Shown here: one piece after another, positions 57,758-64,000 of the stretch
Position numbering within the stretch: position 1 is the first letter of the stretch
Layout: the number at the start of each line of letters is the position of its first letter
Assembly: GCF_009914755.1 (NCBI RefSeq)
Contig: NC_060947.1
Reading direction: 5' to 3' (one strand)
DNA length: 64,000 nt
Source: the human T2T-CHM13v2.0 reference genome, Homo sapiens
The notes under the pieces: model-generated
Seen by the model: only the letters and a program-made list of their open reading frames with translations
What the model was told of the DNA's origin: nothing
The model's database searches: none
Translations under genes and position numbers: made by a program

Positions 57758-58133
57758 TTGTGTACGAAGCCACATATCAAATTAATGAAACCAAAATCGC
57801 ATTGAAATTTGAGGAGAAAATGATAGAAACACCTTTTTGGAGGTTCTGCTAGTATAATAAGACAAGGCATTGGAATAATTAGAAGAGTAAGAAAAAATAT
57901 GTTTATTCTTATCTAATAAACATTAGTAAGTGAGTGTGGCTAATACATAGGTTTTCCAACATGGTTGGATACAAGGGATGTGTATAAAAGGTCACTTTTC
58001 AGTTATTTTGAAAATAGTATATGATAACTAGAAATGCAATCGTAAATTAAAATGGTATCACACATATTATTAAACCTGTAGACATATTTACCGAGAAAAG
58101 AGTAACACAAATCTTACTGAAAGTCAAATCTTA

Positions 58134-58428
58134 GGCTGGGCGTGGTGGCTTGCATGTGTATTCTCTGAACTTTGGGAGGCTGAGGAGGGAAGATCACTTG
58201 AGCCCAGGAGTTTGAGACCAACCTGGGGAACATGGAAAAAGCAGGTCTCTACAAAAATAAAAATATTAGCTAGGTGTGGTGGCTTGTGCCTGTGGTCCCA
58301 GCTCCTTGGGAGTCTGAGGTGAGAGGATCACTTGAGCCTGGGAGGTGGAAGCTGCAGTGAACCAAGATGATGCCACTGTACACCAGCCCGAATGATTGAA
58401 TGAGACCCTGACTTGCAAAAAAGAAAGA
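58134..58428 (+). mobile_element. AluJ
   Basis: gatcacttgagcccaggagtttgagacc; ggaggtggaagctgcagtga. Confidence 0.9.
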
Positions 58429-58494
58429 AGTAAAATTTGTAGAATATGTAAATTTATGTATTTTTTGAAAAAACTTTTTATCTGACTTGAAGGA

Positions 58495-59355
58495 AATGGA
58501 ATGGTTCAACAAAATGGCATCTTCACAACATTTTATTCGGCCATTAAATCAAAGAAAAAGATTTACATACTCAACAACTTGGGTGAATGCCATGTGTGTT
58601 AAGTCAATAAAAGCCCATTCAAAAGATCTTATACTGTATTACTCCACTTATAGTGACAAAATTCTAGAAATAATTGTAATAATTAGCATTGCCAAGGGTT
58701 GTGGATAGTGGAGAGGAGGTTGTATTAATCTGTTCTCACGCCACTAATAAAGACATACCCAAGACTGGGTAATTTATAAAGCAAAAGAGGTTTAATGGAC
58801 TCACAGTTCCACATGGCTGGGAAGACCTCACAATCATGGCAGAAGGCAAAAAGAGGAGCAAAGGCACCTCTTACATGGTGGCAGGCAAGAGATCGTGTGC
58901 AGGGAAACTGCCCTTTATAAACCAGCAGATCTCATGAGACTTATTTACTATAACCAGAACAGCACAGGAAAAACCCACCCCCATGATTCAATTACCTCCC
59001 ACTAGGTCCCTCCCACACCATGTGCAGATTATGGGAGCTACAATTCAAGATGAGATTTAGGTAGGGACATAGCCAAACCATGTCAGAGGTGAACCAGTTT
59101 CATTAGAAAAAGGGATTTTTATGGTAATGAAATAGTTCTGTATCTTTTCAGTGGTGGTTCCTCAAAAGTAGACATGAGAAAAATTATGTCATAAAACTAT
59201 ATATACATTGGACCCATATTAATTTCTTTGACATTGTAGTATAGGTAAATAAGGTATTGCCATTAGGAAAACCTGGTTGAAGGGTATACAAGACCTCTGT
59301 GCTATCTTCACAAATTCCTATGAATCTCTAATTCTACCAAAATTAGTTTTAAAAA
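58495..59355 (+). mobile_element. L1MC/MD-type 3' end interrupted by THE1
   Basis: caacaacttgggtgaat; atactgtattactccactta; atggtaatgaaatagttctgtatc; ggttgaagggtatacaagacctctgtgctatc. Confidence 0.65.
58721..59085 (-). mobile_element. THE1 solo LTR (THE1C-like)
   Basis: tgtattaatctgttctcacg...gggacatagccaaaccatgtca; TSD GAGGT. Confidence 0.93.
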
Positions 59356-60028
59356 TACGGTATCAGTGAATGTCAGGTTTAAACTGTCTTTACAGAGATT
59401 AAACTTAATACCTTAAATGGTATGCTTTCATGTCACTTCTGATTCTTTTTCTGAATAGTTTAAACCTAATGGTATGCGGTCTTACTTTAGAAGTGAATAT
59501 TTCCGTGTTTTATATTTCACATATTTGCTTACTTTCTCCTTTGGGTATTTTCAAATGCTTACAATAATTTGACACCATGATTCACTGTTTACTCTTGCTT
59601 GAGAAATAAAATTCCAGATTGGAAATAACTCACAAACGCATTAACAGTATTGTTTATTATCACCTGCAATGCCTAAGCAAACTTTCAAGATCTCACGATT
59701 TTCTTTCTCTCTCAGTTCAATCAGCTTTTGATTTGCTATTTCGTTTCCTGTTCTTCAGATTAACTTTCTTTTTATTCTTCCCATTAAATGCAATTTTTCA
59801 TCTTTTTACGTTTGTTCTGCCTTCAATAACAGAGAAATATTATGTAACTGTGTTTGCCCAAACTATTTTTTTCTAGTTGTTTCCCTGACTTAATAGCTCA
59901 GTATGACTCAGCATTCTAGAAATTAAAATAGAGGAAGATTCTAAATACACAATCAACTTCGCTTTTGTGTGTTCATCACAGCAACATGTAACAAAAAGAA
60001 ACATTTCTTTAGAGTAGAAACATTTTGA

Positions 60029-60344
<316 letters not shown>

Positions 60345-61204
60345 AGGATCTAGCTTTCTTGCACCTCTTAGAAGTGGCATAAATGTAATGGAAACAGAGC
60401 CTTATTAGATTTTCATTTAATGTTTTAGAAGAAACATCAGTAAAAAGCTCTCTAAAACATCTCCTTTTGTAGATAACGTTAAAAAAACCCTTCAAAACAT
60501 AAAATAAAAATACTTGAGACTTCATTGTTGATGAATTATTGTATGCATTTAAGCACTGCAATAAAATTCAGTTTAGAACACTAATAACCCTAGTCAGAAT
60601 TTAATTGGGAGGCTAACAAAAACCTAGATTATTGTTGCTCTTCAAAATATGTGAGCTCAAAGATGGTACTTTTGTTACAATTTAAATGCACTATGGCTTC
60701 TATATTTTTAAGAGCAGAAAAATAAAGGAGCAAACATTTTTACATATACAAAATAAAAGAGTGAATCACAAGCTGATAAATTTTGCTTCTCCAAAAGAAA
60801 CATGTATTCATAGAAAGTAGAGACTTATTCTAATATTTATAAATGCAATATTAAGCAATTCTTTACAAAGCAGGCATAATACACAAAAACAAATCATACT
60901 GCTAGGCTAAATGTGTAGCTTTCTTACATTTATTAAGAAAACACATTGTCAAGCCATCTTTTGGCATTATATTAAAGTGCATTTTTGCATAGTTTGTGTG
61001 GCAAAATAGTGAAGGTTTTCAGAAGGATATGTGTGTGGAACCAACAGATAAACATATATGTGTTCAATTTTTCTGTTAAAAATAGCATTGCATCTCCAAC
61101 ACAATAAAGAATAACAATTTGCTCCCTCCTTCAATCTACTCTCAGTGGGCTACAGATGCCAGGTCACCAGACATTGTTCATTCTCTTAACCAAGGGGGAG
61201 AATC

Positions 61205-61281
61205 CTCTAACCTGGGGCTCCCCAACCCCCAGGCCACAGACTGGTACTGTGGCCTGGGGGTTGGGGAGCCCCAGGTTAGAG
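61205..61281. repeat. Perfect inverted repeat, 35-bp arms with a 7-nt loop
   Basis: ctctaacctggggctccccaacccccaggccacag / actggta / ctgtggcctgggggttggggagccccaggttagag; the arms are exact reverse complements. Confidence 0.97.
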
Positions 61282-61778
61282 ATACCAGTCCGTGGCATGT
61301 TAGGAACCAGGCCACATGGCCGAAGGTGAGTGGCGAGTGAGCAAACAAAACTTCATCTGTATTTACAGCTGCTCCCCATGGCTCACATTACCACCTGAGC
61401 TCCACCTCCTGGCAGATCAGTGGCAGCAGTAGATTATCATAAGAGTGCAAACTCTATTGTGAACTGCGCATGTGAGGGATCTAGGTTGCGTGCTCCTTAT
61501 GAGAATCTAATTCCTGATGATCTATCACTGTCTCCCATCACCCCCAGATAGGACTGTCTGACTGCAGGAAAACATGCTCAAAGATCCCACTGATTTTACA
61601 TTATGATGAGCTGTAGAATAATTTCATTATATATTACAATGTAATAATGGTGGAAATAAAGTGCACAATATATGTAATGCTCTTGAATCATCCTGAAACC
61701 ATCCCCCTGCCACTGGTTGATGGAAAAATTGTCTTCCCTGAAACTGGTCCCTGGTACCAAAAAGGTTTGGGACTGCTG
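61213..61778 (+). mobile_element. MER1A hAT-Charlie DNA transposon, full length
   Basis: ccccaacccccaggccac...ctattgtgaactgcgcatgtgagggatctaggttgcgtgctccttatgagaatctaat...ccctggtaccaaaaaggtttgggactgctg; 8-bp TSD CTCTAACC at 61205-61212 and 61779-61786. Confidence 0.92.
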
Positions 61779-62021
61779 CTCTAACCCTCTTGTCTCTAGG
61801 GAGAGGCCTGTCCTAATGGTTGCTTGGACCTAAAGCCATTTAGGACAAGGAGTACTTGAACGAAGCTTTCCTCCAATTGCCCTAGTGAGATTCAATACAA
61901 AATTTGAGGAGCCCAGAAGTACAAAGTGGAGTCCAGTTCACTGCAAAAGAGGCAGGCTCTCAAAAAATTTTTCCTTTCCTCTCTGAGTTAGTGTGCTATT
62001 GCTCCCTAGTACTTAAAAGAC

Positions 62022-62918
62022 TGTAAACCAAAAATAAAATCCTAAGCTCCTCAACTAACTGAACAAACCCCCTCTGGGCCAAAGGGACCCCAGAGAAACC
62101 TGAAAAACTGGATTCCCAGCCATGACAGGAAGAGAGGTCAGACATACGTCCTTCCTTACCCCTCCTGCCTTTTGGAGTCTAGGCACAACCCACCAGCATT
62201 CACATTAAAGTACGGCTCAAAAGACTGACAAAACAGACCCCTGGGACAGGAAATTACCAAATTCCAACCTGACTCTGGTATAGCATCGTATGACAGATAG
62301 CAGACCCGGAAGGAAATCAAAATATCTCACCCCAACATAGATTTCTTTGTCATATTTTGAAATGGCCCTGCAAAACCATCTTTCCTGGCAGAAATTTGCA
62401 TCTGTGGAGAATCTCCATTCATACAGCCAGGACTTTGCTGTATCTAGGAAAGATTAACTCTAAGTCTGACACCTTGAAAGGTCTGAAAAGAGACATTTAC
62501 CATCTGTTCTCTCTGAAGGCTGCTACCTGGAGGTGTCTTCTACATGATAAGTACCTTGGCTTCCACAACTCCTCGCCCTTTATCTTAGCATTTATTTCTA
62601 CTGACTTCAACTCTTTAGACAAAACTTAACTCTTTCAACCAATTGCCAATCAGAAATCTTTAAATCTACCTATGACCTGTAAGGCCCCACTTCAAGAGAT
62701 CCTGCCTCTTTAGGCTGAACCAATGTACACTTTCCATGTAGTGATTAATGATGTCACCTACATTTCCTGTCACCCTAAAATGTATAAAACCAAACTGTAA
62801 CTGCCTCGGGCACACTTTCTCAGGACCTCCTAAGACTGTTTCCCCAGGCCGTGGTCACTCATATTGGCTCAGAATAAACTTTTAAAATATTTGACAGAGT
62901 TTGGTTTTTCCATTATCA
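62022..62918 (+). mobile_element. MER4D-like (ERV1) solo LTR
   Basis: tgtaaaccaaaaataaaatcctaag start; ccctaaaatgtataaaacc; ggtcactcatattggctcagaataaac; end ttggtttttccattatca. Confidence 0.85.
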
Positions 62919-62977
62919 AAGCTAAGAGGAAGTGGATAGGTAGCTTGATTTATCTTTGCTTTAAACCTGGAAGTGTA

Positions 62978-63373
<396 letters not shown>

Positions 63374-64000
63374 TCACAGGCATGGACGCCACCGCACATT
63401 CTGCTTTGTGGAGGGCAGCAGTGTAGGTACTCCAGCAACAAAGGGGTCTAGGATAAGGGATCCCCCAAATACAAGGGGGCCAGCAGCTGGAGCAAGAAAT
63501 GCAGCAGAGCCTGCAGAAGTCCAGAAAACAGATGCTCAGACCTTGAAGTCAATTTGAATAACAAAACAGGACCTAGGACTTAAGGAGATCCAGATAAAAA
63601 ATGCAACTCTCTCCTTAACATCAATCTACTGAAACAGAGATTCTAAGATGCGGAAACAGTGGTGACTTGAAATAGGAGAAAGAATATCATTACATGCTAA
63701 TTATGTTAAATATGAGATATAATGAGAAGAATAGAAAAATGACTCATTAATTATTAATGAACTGAATTACCTCATCCATATTACAAAAACTAAGCTGCAT
63801 CCTATTTATGCAAGCATACTAAAAAATAAAGTGATAAAAAAGTTTCAGAAAACAATGCTATGTAGCAGAGGCAATAAGAATTTGTCAAGAAGAGATCTAG
63901 TGTTAAAAAAATGTAATGAGAGTAATTTTATTTACATTAAGTAAAAATAACAGCTAAATGAGTGAAACAAAAATCATTAGGAGTGAAAGGGGAAATTTTT

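Overview
AT-rich, non-coding primate (most likely human) genomic DNA that looks like a gene desert or deep intron. I find no credible protein-coding gene, RNA gene, CpG island or prokaryotic-type system. The listed ORFs fall in Alu, L1, LTR or microsatellite sequence, or are short chance ORFs. The window is mostly interspersed repeats: about 25 Alu/FLAM copies, many L1 and L2 fragments, solo LTRs (THE1, MST, MLT1, MLT2, MER11C, MER50, MER4D), hAT DNA transposons (MER1A, MER20, MER30, MER58) and simple repeats. Many carry readable target-site duplications (TSDs). Four structures are not explained by routine annotation: (1) a perfect 35-bp-arm hairpin at the end of a MER1A that stops exactly at its TSD edge (61205-61281); (2) a diverged 4 x ~219-bp tandem array with mosaic units (28689-29533); (3) a ~255-bp tandem duplication in which only one copy carries an Alu (21130-21960); (4) an L1 with twin-priming inversion architecture (12659-13195). 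Repeat subfamily names come from recall of consensus sequences, not from a RepeatMasker run, and ends without a TSD are approximate.
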